From Candidatus Dormiibacterota bacterium (lineage in GTDB: Bacteria; Chloroflexota; Dormibacteria; Aeolococcales; Aeolococcaceae): a stretch of 64,000 nucleotides of DNA. Of this stretch, positions 36,714 to 49,449 are shown one piece after another. The first letter of the stretch is position 1. Each line of letters starts with the position of its first letter. Location of the stretch: assembly GCA_963743835.1 (NCBI GenBank), contig CAVUQX010000005.1, forward strand, positions 347,959 to 411,958, read 5' to 3'. The notes below the pieces were generated by a model that made no database searches, had not been told where the DNA came from, and saw nothing but the letters and a program-made list of their open reading frames with translations. The position numbers and the translations under genes were made by a program.

Positions 36714-37907
36714 GTGACAGCGCGTGTCCCGCTGATCGCGTGCGTGGCGGTACTCGCCTTCTTCGCCGGGATCACCGGTGTACGTCTCGCATACACGCTG
36801 GCCTACGTCCTCGTCCTGCTCCTGGTGGTCGCCTACATCTGGTCGCGCCTGCTCGCTCGCAAGCTGCGCGTCACCCGGGAATCCCCTGAGGGCTCATTCA
36901 TGATGGGAGAGCCGTTCGAGGAGACGTTCACGGTCAAGAACGAGAGCGGACTTCGGCTGCCGTACTGCGAGGTTCGCGACGGCACCAAGCTCCCCGGCTA
37001 TGCACCCGGACGCGCCTTCGCCCTCGCCGCCGGCGGGTCGGTCACCTGGACGGCGCGAGGCATGTTCAACCTCCGAGGCGTGCATCACTTCGGACCGCTC
37101 GAGGCGCGCCTCGGGGATCCTTTCGGGCTCTTTCCGCGTCGTATCCGTGTGGCACCGGAGAACGAGGTGATCGTCTATCCAGCGATCCACGCGCTCCTGC
37201 ACAGCGTTCCCCAGTGGAGCGGCAACGGGGTTGCCGAGGCCCATCGCGGCCAGCCGGTGGATGTGCCGCCCGACGTGTCGACCATCCGGGATTACGCGCC
37301 CACCGACGGGCTGAGCCGCATCCACTGGGCGTCGACGGCGCGCACCGGGCGTTTGATCAGTCGCACGTTCGACACCGGACAGAGTGCCGACCTGCTGATC
37401 GTCCTCGACCTGCAGCGCGGCATGCACGCCGGCTCGGGCATCGAATCGTCGCTCGAGTACGCGATCGCGGTGTGCGCATCGGTGGCGCACGGCGCGATCC
37501 GCCGCGGTCAGGCGGTCGGACTCGTCACCAACTCGCGCAGCGGCGCGAGCTTTGGCGCCGGGCGAGGCGAGGTGCAACGGCTCAGGCTGCTCGACTTCCT
37601 CGCGCTCGCAACCGACGATGGACTCCGCAGCCTCGCCGACACGATCAGCAAACATGGTGATGGCTGGCGCGGCCGGGGTGGCATGGTGGTGATCACGCCG
37701 AACCGCTCGAGCGACTGGGTGGAAGCGCTCGTCGACAGCGCGACGCGCGGCCAGCGCCATCTGTGCATCTTCATCGAACCGACGTCGTTCGGCGCCACCG
37801 GGCAGGCCCTGCGTATTCCAGCCGCGTGGCGGCTCGCGCTCGACTGGTGGGTCGTTCGTCGCGGCGACGTGCTCGGTTCGGGCGAGCGCACGACGGCAGC
37901 CGGCTGA
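36714..37907 (+). CDS. DUF58 (vWA-like) protein
   Basis: IRDYAPTDGLSRIHWASTARTG signature of DUF58. Confidence 0.8.
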   Translation: MTARVPLIACVAVLAFFAGITGVRLAYTLAYVLVLLLVVAYIWSRLLARKLRVTRESPEGSFMMGEPFEETFTVKNESGLRLPYCEVRDGTKLPGYAPGRAFALAAGGSVTWTARGMFNLRGVHHFGPLEARLGDPFGLFPRRIRVAPENEVIVYPAIHALLHSVPQWSGNGVAEAHRGQPVDVPPDVSTIRDYAPTDGLSRIHWASTARTGRLISRTFDTGQSADLLIVLDLQRGMHAGSGIESSLEYAIAVCASVAHGAIRRGQAVGLVTNSRSGASFGAGRGEVQRLRLLDFLALATDDGLRSLADTISKHGDGWRGRGGMVVITPNRSSDWVEALVDSATRGQRHLCIFIEPTSFGATGQALRIPAAWRLALDWWVVRRGDVLGSGERTTAAG

Positions 37908-37911
37908 CCAG

Positions 37912-40215
37912 ATGGACGCGTACGTCGACCGCCCCATCCAACTCCGCGAACCGGTGCTGGGCAAGGCATCCCGGGACCACAGCTTCGAGATCGCCGCCGT
38001 GCTCTGCATCGCTCTGATCGCCGCCACGGCGTGGGCGGTGCTCGCCGCCGGGTGGGTCCACGGCGGTGGCGGCGCGATTGTGGTCGCGGTGACATCGGTG
38101 ATCGAGGCGGCGCTTCTCGCCCAGGCCCGCGCTCCGCGCGTCACCACCGCGATCGCGGCGCCATTCCTGGGTCTCGCAGCCATCGTGCCGACAACACTTG
38201 CTGCGATGCCGGCGCTTCCGGGACAGTCGGCCGGCGCCGTCGCCGGGCGTTACCTGAGCGCGATCTTCACCGGCCTCGCCTCGACGCAGGACTGGGACTT
38301 CACCGTCGGGCTCTGCGCGATCCTCTTCCTCTGCGGGTACTGGCTGGGATGGATGGTCCTTCGCGAGCACCGCGGCGTCCTCGCGGTGATCCCGGTGTTC
38401 TCAGTTCTTGCCACCAATGTCGTCAACGCGGCGAGTTCCGATCCGATCGCGCTGCCTGAGACGATCGCGGTGGTCCTCGCCATCGGCGTGGTCGCCGCCG
38501 CATATCTGGGGTCGCTCGGCGATCGGTGGGCGGTGTCGCGCATCACCCCGCTGGAGGGCCTCGGCCGGCGCTTCGGCAGCAGCGCCGCCGTGGTTGCCGT
38601 CGTGCTCACGATCGTTGCGCTGGTGCTCCCCCCCGTATCCACCACGGACATCTCGGCACGTCTCTTTCCCCATGGGCTCAACTTTGGGTCGGGCGGTCGC
38701 GGCAACGGAGGCATCGTCCCCGGAGGTGCCGACACCATCGGCTTCAACCCGTCGGTGATCCTGGGCGGACGGCTCATCAGCCATCCACAGCCGGTCATGA
38801 CCTACAGCTCCAACAGCACGTCACCTGTGTACATCCGTGTCGACAACGACACGCAGTTCGCCGACGGCAGCTGGTTTCCGGAGAGTCCCAACGCGTCGGC
38901 CGGTGATTCCTGGAGCGAGCTCCAGTTCCCGCAGGGTTTGCTCCCCCGTGACATCAACCTGGCTGACGGTGGTGTCAGCAAGGCCGAAACCGTGGTCACC
39001 GCCACCCTGGCCCTCCGGCCGAAGGCGACCGGGGCGACGCCTCTCGTGCCCTTCCCAGGAGATCCCCTCTCCGTCAACCTGCCGGGCCACGCCGGCGGAC
39101 AGCTCGACAATGCGGCGACCGGGCTCTACACCATCGACGAGGTGACACTCGACCAGGACATCGATGTGCCGACAACGATTCAGACCAGCGCGTACGTCTC
39201 GACTGCATCAGCAGCGCAGTTGGAGGCAGCGGGAATGAACTACCCGGCGTGGGTCAATCAGTACACGACCCTCAACGACGGCTCGACCAACGCCCAGACG
39301 ATTCTCGACCTCGCCAAACAGTGGATCGCCGGCGGCCCGACCGACCCCTACGACGAGGCGATCGCCATCCAGAATCATCTGCGCGATCCCCTGTACTTCC
39401 AGTACACACTCAATCCGCCCCCGGACACGGACAGCGCCGTGTGGCCAGTCCTCTTCTTTCTGACCACGAGCCACAAGGGGTACTGCCAGTACTTCGCCTC
39501 CGCCATGGGATCGATGCTCCGCAGCCTCAACATCCCCACCCGGCTGGTGAGCGGGTACGGCCCGGGAACAACGCTTGCCCAGAATCAACGCGGCGGACCG
39601 TCCCAGGAAGAAGTCACCACCAGCGATGCGCACAGCTGGGTCGAGGCGTACTTCCCGCGCTACGGTTGGATTCCCTTCGAGCCCACGCCACCCTCGAGGC
39701 AGGGCAACTACCAGCCCTTCCCGCGTGGCGGGGGGGCGGTCACGGCCCAGGTCACCCCGCTGCCGGCAACCCCCAGGCCGGTGCCGACTGCCAAGCCTGG
39801 CAATCTGAACGGCACTGACCCCACGACCGGCAACACCCCGAAGGCTCACGCCTCGCTGCCCGCGTCGGTGGTCGTGTCGCTTGCGGTGCTCGCCGCGGTC
39901 GTTGTACTGATCCTCGCCCTGGCGCTCTGGATGCTGCTCCCGCGCTCGCTGGACGGGGCCTGGAAGCGTGTCGAGGCACTGGGGGTGATCTCGGGGGTGG
40001 ACCGCCGAAAATCGGAGACCCACAGGGCCTTTGCCGCTCGCCTGGCGCGCGCTCGACCGCGCGCTGAGGCCGCGCTCGGCGACCTGGCCGGCGTGACCGC
40101 GCGGGCCGAGTTCAGTGCGTCCGGCGCCTCGGGACGCGAGCGGGCGCAGGCGCTGCGGACCTGGCGTCGCGCGCTGTTCCTGGCTACATTGCGGCCGAGG
40201 AAATCTCCAGGCTGA
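37912..40215 (+). CDS. transglutaminase-like membrane protein (DUF3488 + TGase core)
   Basis: N-terminal multi-TM region; TGase core GYCQYFASAMGSMLRSLNIPTRLVSGY ... DAHSWVEAYFPRYGWIPFEPT (Cys-His-Asp). Confidence 0.8.
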   Translation: MDAYVDRPIQLREPVLGKASRDHSFEIAAVLCIALIAATAWAVLAAGWVHGGGGAIVVAVTSVIEAALLAQARAPRVTTAIAAPFLGLAAIVPTTLAAMPALPGQSAGAVAGRYLSAIFTGLASTQDWDFTVGLCAILFLCGYWLGWMVLREHRGVLAVIPVFSVLATNVVNAASSDPIALPETIAVVLAIGVVAAAYLGSLGDRWAVSRITPLEGLGRRFGSSAAVVAVVLTIVALVLPPVSTTDISARLFPHGLNFGSGGRGNGGIVPGGADTIGFNPSVILGGRLISHPQPVMTYSSNSTSPVYIRVDNDTQFADGSWFPESPNASAGDSWSELQFPQGLLPRDINLADGGVSKAETVVTATLALRPKATGATPLVPFPGDPLSVNLPGHAGGQLDNAATGLYTIDEVTLDQDIDVPTTIQTSAYVSTASAAQLEAAGMNYPAWVNQYTTLNDGSTNAQTILDLAKQWIAGGPTDPYDEAIAIQNHLRDPLYFQYTLNPPPDTDSAVWPVLFFLTTSHKGYCQYFASAMGSMLRSLNIPTRLVSGYGPGTTLAQNQRGGPSQEEVTTSDAHSWVEAYFPRYGWIPFEPTPPSRQGNYQPFPRGGGAVTAQVTPLPATPRPVPTAKPGNLNGTDPTTGNTPKAHASLPASVVVSLAVLAAVVVLILALALWMLLPRSLDGAWKRVEALGVISGVDRRKSETHRAFAARLARARPRAEAALGDLAGVTARAEFSASGASGRERAQALRTWRRALFLATLRPRKSPG

Positions 40216-40921
40216 GCAGGTCGTGGGCGACCAGCGCGCCCGGCAGGTGACGGCGCTCTGCGAGGTGGCTCAGCAGGAAGCGCGTTCCCGGATTCTCGAT
40301 CATCAGTCCGGCCACCTCGTTGCGCCACAGATGGCCACCCGAGGTCGGACCGTCCCACCCGGTGCACTCGCAGACGAAGAGGTCGCATCCCACGATCGAC
40401 CGGCGGAGCCCACCGCACATCTCGCTGTCGCCTGAGAATCCGATCGAGACGCCCGTGGCGTCGGTCAGGCGGTAGGCAAGCGACGGACCCGTGCTGTGCA
40501 CCACGGCGTGGCTCTGGACGCGATAGCCCGCCAGCTCGACGTCGCTACCGTCCTGCAGCACCGCGTACTCGGGAGCGACGTTGACATCGACCTCGTTGCG
40601 GATGTGCGAGCCATAGCCGTCACTGAGCAGGCGCGAAACGTATTCACGGGTCCCGACCGGTCCACCGATCACCAGCGCCCCGGGGGACGTGGTGTCAGCG
40701 AACGCCCGGGCTCCAAGGATCGTCGGCAGCGTGAAGCTATGGTCCGCATGGAAGTGGGTGAGCAGGATCAGCGTGATCGCGTGGATCGACGTCGCGGCGC
40801 GGCGAACCAGGGCCGGGACCGGGGCGCCACAGTCGACCAGAACGCGTCCGTCGACGAGGTACCCGGCGTTGCAGCCGCAGGAGCTGAAGGCGCTGCCGCT
40901 GCCGAGGACGGTGAGGCGCAT
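40184..40921 (-). CDS. MBL-fold metallo-hydrolase
   Basis: LTHFHADH motif. Confidence 0.7.
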   Translation of the reverse strand: MRLTVLGSGSAFSSCGCNAGYLVDGRVLVDCGAPVPALVRRAATSIHAITLILLTHFHADHSFTLPTILGARAFADTTSPGALVIGGPVGTREYVSRLLSDGYGSHIRNEVDVNVAPEYAVLQDGSDVELAGYRVQSHAVVHSTGPSLAYRLTDATGVSIGFSGDSEMCGGLRRSIVGCDLFVCECTGWDGPTSGGHLWRNEVAGLMIENPGTRFLLSHLAERRHLPGALVAHDLLSLEISSAAM

Positions 40922-40965
40922 CAGGGAAGATTAGCCGCAGCCTGGACGGTGGTATCAACACTGGC

Positions 40966-43601
<2,636 letters not shown>

Positions 43602-43607
43602 TCGCGA

Positions 43608-44502
43608 TCAGGTCCGCGACGGCGCGGCTCTCGCGGCAAGCACCGACCCGCAGAGGATGAGCACGAATCCCACGGCGATCCCGCCGGTCAGTCGTTCGTG
43701 GAGCAGGAGCACTCCGAGGGTGACCGCAACCGCCGGGTTCACGTACGTGATCACCGTCGACCGGACCGGCCCGATCTCCCGGATGAGCGCGAAGAAGACC
43801 AGGAACGCAAGCGCGGTGCAGACGATGCCCAGCGTGAGCACGGCGGCGATCACCTCGCCCGACGGCCAGGCGTGGGGCAGCTGGATGAGCGCAACCGGCG
43901 CGTAGGCGACCGCCGCCAGGAGCAGCGAGCTCGCGATCACCCCGAGCGACGGGAGGTCACTCAGCTTGCGGTTGATGATGTACGGCCCGGTCGCGTAACA
44001 GATCGCGACCCCGAGCACCTCCGCGATCGCCCCGAAGGTGGACGACGAGACGTCGAAGCCGACCAGCACGCCCACCCCGACGAGGCCAACACACAGGCCG
44101 AGGATCCGGCGCCAGCCGTGGTGCTCTCCACTTCGCGTGACCAGCCCGATCACCACGCCGATGAGGGGCACCGTCGACACCAGCAGCCCGGACAACGAGC
44201 TCGAGATGCGCAACTCGGCATCCGAGAGCAGCACCCACGGGATCCCCATCTCGATGATCGTGTAGGCGACGATCCACCCCCAGCGACCGCGCAGCGGACG
44301 GAGGTCGACGCGACTGAGGGCGATCGGGACCAAGAGGAGGGCGCCCAGCGCGAACCGGAAGAAGACGAGATCGACGGGCCCCAGGCCCTCGAGAACTCAC
44401 CTTGATGAGCAGGTAGGGGATGCCCCAGATCACGCACATCGCGACGAAGAGGACCAAGCCGCGTCTGCTCACGGCGAGATCTTCTACGCTGTGCGGCTCC
44501 AC
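43608..44502 (-). CDS. EamA/DMT-family transporter, frameshifted near 44395
   Basis: N-terminal MEPHSVEDLAVSRRGLVLFVAMCVIWGIPYLLIKV, then the frame shifts; the continuation EGLGPVDLVFFRFALGALLLVPIALSRVDLRPL... is in the adjacent frame (ORF 43608..44333). Confidence 0.65.
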
Positions 44503-45225
44503 ATGACGCAGCCCCCCCCGTCACGCGTCCCGAGCCCCCTGCTCCTCGCCATCTCGTCGCTTTTCGTCGCGACGCTCGTGGCGTCGAACATCCTCGCGGT
44601 CAAGATCGCCGACGTCGGACCGTTCTCGGTCCCGGCTGCGATCGTGATCTTTCCGCTCGCATACCTCTTCGGCGATGTGCTCACCGAGGTGTGGGGCTAC
44701 CGTGTGGCGCGCACGGTGATATGGACGGGATTCTTCGCGAACATCATCGTGGTCCTCTTCATAGCGGCTGCGATCGCCATCCCTGCCGACGGCCACTACA
44801 GCGATCAGGCCGCATACGCGCGCGTGCTCGGAGAGAGCCCGCAACTCGTGCTCGCCTCGCTCACGGCCTACCTGCTCGGCGAATTTCTCAACGCATTCGT
44901 GCTCGCGAGATTGAAGGTCGCTACCAAGGGGCGCTTCCTGTGGACGCGAACCATCGGGTCAACGCTCGTCGGCCAGGGAGTGGACAGCGCCGTCTTCATC
45001 TCGCTCGCATTTGGCGGTCTGCAGCCCTGGTCCGTGCTCATCATCATCATTCGCGACGTGTGGGTTGTGAAGGTGCTCTACGAAGTGATCGCCACCCCGA
45101 TCACCTATGCCCTGGTCACAGCGGCCAAGCGCATCGAGGGTGTGGACACGTACGATCGCGACACCAAGTTCGCACCGATCCCGCTCGCATCGCTGCGTGC
45201 GCGATTGCGCGGAGCCGAGCAATGA
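44503..45225 (+). CDS. queuosine-precursor transporter (YhhQ/DUF165)
   Basis: Polytopic membrane protein immediately upstream of queF, overlapping it (ATGA). Confidence 0.7.
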   Translation: MTQPPPSRVPSPLLLAISSLFVATLVASNILAVKIADVGPFSVPAAIVIFPLAYLFGDVLTEVWGYRVARTVIWTGFFANIIVVLFIAAAIAIPADGHYSDQAAYARVLGESPQLVLASLTAYLLGEFLNAFVLARLKVATKGRFLWTRTIGSTLVGQGVDSAVFISLAFGGLQPWSVLIIIIRDVWVVKVLYEVIATPITYALVTAAKRIEGVDTYDRDTKFAPIPLASLRARLRGAEQ

Positions 45226-45662
45226 GCGAGGAGCTCTACGGCACGCGCGCCATCCGCGAAGCCAGGCTCGAGGCGTTCGACAACCGCACCCCCGACCGCG
45301 ACTACACCATCCAGTTCACCATCCCCGAGTTCACCTGCCTCTGCCCGATCTCCGGGTTCCCCGACTTCGCAACCCTGCACATCCGATACGTCCCCGGCCC
45401 ACGATGCGTCGAGCTGAAATCGCTGAAGCTGTACATCAACGGCTACCGCAATCAAAACGTGTACCACGAGGACGTCGTCAACGTCGTCCTCGGTGACCTG
45501 GTCACGCTGCTCGAACCCCGGTACTGCGAAGTCGTCGGCGATTTCAACGTGCGCGGCAATATCAAGACGATCGTTCGCGCAAAGCATCGCGATGCGAACT
45601 GGAGCGGTGACGCCGACCCCTGGTGGTCCACGGAAGGAAACGGGGCACTAACGGGCCAGTAG
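45222..45662 (+). CDS. queF: NADPH-dependent 7-cyano-7-deazaguanine reductase
   Basis: QueF motif EFTCLCPISGFPDFA and the nitrile-reductase region. Confidence 0.85.
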   Translation: MSEELYGTRAIREARLEAFDNRTPDRDYTIQFTIPEFTCLCPISGFPDFATLHIRYVPGPRCVELKSLKLYINGYRNQNVYHEDVVNVVLGDLVTLLEPRYCEVVGDFNVRGNIKTIVRAKHRDANWSGDADPWWSTEGNGALTGQ

Positions 45663-45682
45663 CCGCCACCCTCCGACGACCT

Positions 45683-45830
45683 CCGGAGGCAGGGGAGGTG
45701 ACGCCGGTCGCTCGGGCCGCAGCGAATTTGGAAGCGACCGAGAGAGCGCGACAATCTGCTTGCGCGAGAGAGGGAGCGGACAAGCTGAGCAGCGGCCCGA
45801 GTGACCGGGTGGCGCCTCCCCTGTCTCCGC
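45683..45830 (+). other. long nested GC-rich inverted repeat (structured element or I-shaped terminator) after queF
   Basis: Outer arms ccggaggcaggggaggtgacgcc / ggcgcctcccctgtctccg and inner arms gtcgctcgggccgc / gcggcccgagtgac enclose ~70 nt. Confidence 0.4.
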
Positions 45831-45965
45831 GAGCAGCGCGAACGGAAAGGCCGGATATGTCGGCTGGAGTACCCCGTTTCCGAAAGTTCCGGGGCATACT
45901 GCACGCCAGGTCACGGCACGTGCCGATAAGCATTCGTTTTCTCCACATCTCAGCAAGACATTTCG

Positions 45966-46703
45966 ATGGCCATACACACACTTCCCGCCGGCTGGTCGCT
46001 TCTTGCCACGCGCCCGCGTGACGAGCTGCATCAGGCGCTGCTCACGAGTACTTGCGAGCGCTCGTTTGAGGATGTTCCGATCGATTGGTGGGATCGCTCA
46101 GCCGATGTCTGGCGACCCACGTCGATCGTTCGCCTGCTTGGGGGCGTATGGGATGTGGGTCGCGACGTCGAGGTCCTCGTGCCCGATACGGGGGGCCCGT
46201 CGGCCGCTCGGATCAGCATTGCCCAGGTGCGGCTGTCGAGGTTGCTGACCGCCGGTGTCTCGCGGTACTGGGTGGCTCGCTATCAGAAGCTGCTGGTGCT
46301 GCGCCTCATCGAGCAGGCAGCCGTGCTCGGCGGCGACCCTGATCCGTTGCGACGGCTGGCGGCGCGGTTGCGACACCAGGAGTCGCTCGGATATGACGTC
46401 TGGGCGACGGCATATTCCACGGGCGCTCGTGAGGGTGTCGACCTCCCGCCGGAGGTGCCGCCGGCCACTGACGACAACGGCTGGGAGCCGGCGGGCGCGG
46501 ACGATTCGGCGGCCGTCATTCACGCAGCCGTACGCATTCTTGCCGCCGATCTTCTGCGGCTTGATGAAGCTCTCGAAGAGGCGGGCGCCACCGCGTCCGA
46601 ACGGGCTGCGCATCCGCTGCTCGCCGCGATCACGTCACTCCTGCTGCGCTCCCCGGCAACGCCGATGGTCACCCCAGCGGGATCCGGTTCTCACCTGGCC
46701 TGA
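45966..46703 (+). CDS. hypothetical protein
   Basis: 245-aa ORF with good codon bias; no motifs recognised. Confidence 0.4.
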   Translation: MAIHTLPAGWSLLATRPRDELHQALLTSTCERSFEDVPIDWWDRSADVWRPTSIVRLLGGVWDVGRDVEVLVPDTGGPSAARISIAQVRLSRLLTAGVSRYWVARYQKLLVLRLIEQAAVLGGDPDPLRRLAARLRHQESLGYDVWATAYSTGAREGVDLPPEVPPATDDNGWEPAGADDSAAVIHAAVRILAADLLRLDEALEEAGATASERAAHPLLAAITSLLLRSPATPMVTPAGSGSHLA

Positions 46704-47988
46704 GCAGCACGCGAACCGCCGCGTCGTTGCGGCACTCCTCACGGACGCGAAGCCAGAGCCTGTCGCCGTCGATCTCGAATCCGGCGCCCGACGGCGCAAG
46801 CACGGCCACCACCTGCGGGTCGATGGCACCGACGCCATCGAACTCGGGAAGCCCTCCGGCCAATGCCACAACGCACGGCAACTCGTGTAATCGTCGCGAC
46901 CATGCGGCGATGGGCACCCTCGGCATCGGCTCGCCGAGCAGCGTCGCCAGCAGGAGGGCCAGGCCGCCGATGTTCGAACGAGCCGGCTCGTCGATGTGAT
47001 CCGACAGCGCCCGCTCGTGGACGAGCCCCGCGACGACCTCGCGAGCCCGAACGCTCGAATCGTCCGGAGGCACCGCCACCCAGAGCGCCCGTAAGCCCAA
47101 CCGGGCGCTGAAACCGGCATCCACCACGATGCGCCCCGGCACGGAGTTGGCGGCGGCTTCGATGGTCGCGAGCCGGGACCCGAGCCCCGTCGGGCTTCCT
47201 GGGGCGAGCCCGGTCTCCTCGTCCCAGGCCCGCGTCGCGCGAAGTACGCGACCGTGACGGAGCGCGGCGAGCGGCAACGCCAGGCGTCGGATCCCCAGCT
47301 CGAGGGTTGCGGCGAGTGCCCCATCGCCGGTGGTGCGTGGCGGATACACGGTGCCGCCGATGGCGTCCGAGGCAATCCGGGCGAAGCCGAGGCCCCAGCG
47401 ATCGCGCTCGGCTCGCCGCCGCGCGGACGTGATGCGGGGCGCCGCTCCAACGTGACGCCAGACGACCCGGAACGTGGTGCGGTCGACCTCGAGACGAACC
47501 GCTGTGGCGGCGTCGTGACGTTCCGCGTTGACGGCGAGCTGGACAAGCACCAACGCGGCGATCTCGGGACCGAGAACCGGACGCGCAGCTCCCGCGGCTC
47601 CCGCGGCCACCTCCACCCGGAGGCCGGTGCGGGCGGTGATTCCCGCGCGAGCCAGGTCGATGACGTCATCGGTGGTGCCCCACCCGCCCGGCTCGCGCCC
47701 GGCGACGAGCCGCAGGGAGCCGGCGAGCATGCGAACCCGCTGCGCCTGGGTGCCCGTGAGTGAATTTGCCGCGCGGTCAATGGCGTCGAGCAACCGGCTG
47801 AGCAGCTCATCGCATTGCGCGGACGCGGGTTCGGTTCGCACCACGAGGCGCATGCTGCGAACCGGGTAGGAAACGGCTCCGGGTCCGGGCCCGTCCCATT
47901 CGGGAGTTCGTGCGACCACGGCGCCCGCGGTATCCACGAGCGCCGCGGCCAGCGGCAGCTCGGCGATCTCGGGCAGGGTGAGATTCAC
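46669..47988 (-). CDS. GHKL (histidine-kinase-like) ATPase-domain protein
   Basis: N-box-like LAVNAERHDA, G-box-like GLGFARIASDAIGGTV; GTG start overlaps the upstream stop. Confidence 0.5.
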   Translation of the reverse strand: MNLTLPEIAELPLAAALVDTAGAVVARTPEWDGPGPGAVSYPVRSMRLVVRTEPASAQCDELLSRLLDAIDRAANSLTGTQAQRVRMLAGSLRLVAGREPGGWGTTDDVIDLARAGITARTGLRVEVAAGAAGAARPVLGPEIAALVLVQLAVNAERHDAATAVRLEVDRTTFRVVWRHVGAAPRITSARRRAERDRWGLGFARIASDAIGGTVYPPRTTGDGALAATLELGIRRLALPLAALRHGRVLRATRAWDEETGLAPGSPTGLGSRLATIEAAANSVPGRIVVDAGFSARLGLRALWVAVPPDDSSVRAREVVAGLVHERALSDHIDEPARSNIGGLALLLATLLGEPMPRVPIAAWSRRLHELPCVVALAGGLPEFDGVGAIDPQVVAVLAPSGAGFEIDGDRLWLRVREECRNDAAVRVLLRPGENRIPLG

Positions 47989-48653
47989 GCGTCGCCGTCC
48001 GGCGAGACCACCTCGGTTGTGCTCACGCTGAGCCGATACTTGCGGTTGCCGTGACTCACGAGGCGCACGGCGGAGTTGTGGGTGTGCAGCCACTCGCCGA
48101 AACGGCGCACCGCCTTGGTTGCTGTATCCGAGTGGAAGGTGACGATGTCGGGGTGGTGCACCACCAGCCGGATCGCCTCGCGGTGATGGTGCTGGTCCAG
48201 CGTCGGCAGGTGCACGACGACGGTGCCGTCATGGATGCGGAGATCGCCGACCGTGCGGTCGAGCATTCTGTCGATGCGCTCGAGCAATGAGGCATCGCCG
48301 TCGCGCTTGTCGTGGAGGAGGGCGCGCGGATGCGAGCGCTGGATTTGGCTCCGAACGTTGAACGCGTCGATGTTCTGCGAGTAGACGATCACCGGGCACT
48401 CGCGGAGTTCGCGCGCGAGTCGCGACAGCACGTCGCCGCTGCTCGCGCTGCGATCGGGAGCCTTGCCCAGGTCCCAGTCGATGATCGCCAGCACGGGTCT
48501 GCTCGAGTACCGGTTGTTCTCGAGCAGCGACAGGGCGCGCGACGCACTCCGGGCGCCGAGCGGATGAAACCGCTTGCGTGTGAAGTGGTTTTGCAGCTCA
48601 TCGAGCGTGTCGGCGTCGTCCTCGAGGATGAGCACCTCCGGATTTGCTCTCAT
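47985..48653 (-). CDS. response-regulator receiver (REC) domain protein with an uncharacterised C-terminal domain
   Basis: LILEDD and phospho-acceptor-like IIDWDLG motifs. Confidence 0.55.
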   Translation of the reverse strand: MRANPEVLILEDDADTLDELQNHFTRKRFHPLGARSASRALSLLENNRYSSRPVLAIIDWDLGKAPDRSASSGDVLSRLARELRECPVIVYSQNIDAFNVRSQIQRSHPRALLHDKRDGDASLLERIDRMLDRTVGDLRIHDGTVVVHLPTLDQHHHREAIRLVVHHPDIVTFHSDTATKAVRRFGEWLHTHNSAVRLVSHGNRKYRLSVSTTEVVSPDGDA

Positions 48654-49372
48654 CGCTGCGACCGGACCGGACCTTGCACCAACGTCATGCATGCGGCCCC
48701 GTCGCGCTGCGGAGACCACCCGGCGTGGTGCCGAGCCAGCGCCTCCGAGACCGCTCGGAAGTTGCGTGCAGGCAGTGCGAATCCGTTCGGGTAGGCCGCG
48801 ATCAACGATTCGAGCGTGGCGCCGCGCAACAGCGTGCCATCCTCGAGTTCGACGCCGCTGCCCGGGGCGAGGCGCATCCCGCCGACGCTGGCGGTGCATG
48901 CGCGTCGGACCGCATCGAGCAGGGCTGCCGGCCGGACGAAGCGGCGCGCGTGGCTCGGGAGCCCGGCGGGAGGAGTGCCGAGCCAATAGGTCAACACCGG
49001 GCGGTTGCGGAGCAGCGATGCGAGCGCAGGGGTCAGCGTCACGGCGCTGCCGACGACCATCCACGGCCACGGCAGACACGCGACCGCGATCGCGTCGCCG
49101 TCATCGGAGCGCCCGTCCCGGACGACCGCCATGCCGCCGGGCACCGCATCGCGCACCGCGACGGCCAGCTCGCCGTCGACGGTGATCACGAGAATGGCGC
49201 GACCTCGATCGGGTGCGCGCACGCCGAGCATCCACGGAGCGTCGACAACCCCCACGCGAAACCCCTCCCAGCCAGGCGTCACGAGCGAACGGAAGGGTCC
49301 GTGCCCGCGGTCGGCCACGCCAAGTGTAGTGGTGACAGGGGTCGGGTGGGCCGGCAATGCGGACACGGACAC
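48650..49372 (-). CDS. hypothetical protein (first gene of the REC/GHKL operon)
   Basis: 240-aa ORF; 4-nt overlap with the REC gene. Confidence 0.4.
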   Translation of the reverse strand: MSVSALPAHPTPVTTTLGVADRGHGPFRSLVTPGWEGFRVGVVDAPWMLGVRAPDRGRAILVITVDGELAVAVRDAVPGGMAVVRDGRSDDGDAIAVACLPWPWMVVGSAVTLTPALASLLRNRPVLTYWLGTPPAGLPSHARRFVRPAALLDAVRRACTASVGGMRLAPGSGVELEDGTLLRGATLESLIAAYPNGFALPARNFRAVSEALARHHAGWSPQRDGAACMTLVQGPVRSQR

Positions 49373-49449
49373 CGCCTAACCATCAGGCGCCGCCCCGGAC
49401 ATCGCGCGGACAGACACCGTGCCCCACGACGTGGCAGACTGAGCGCGGT

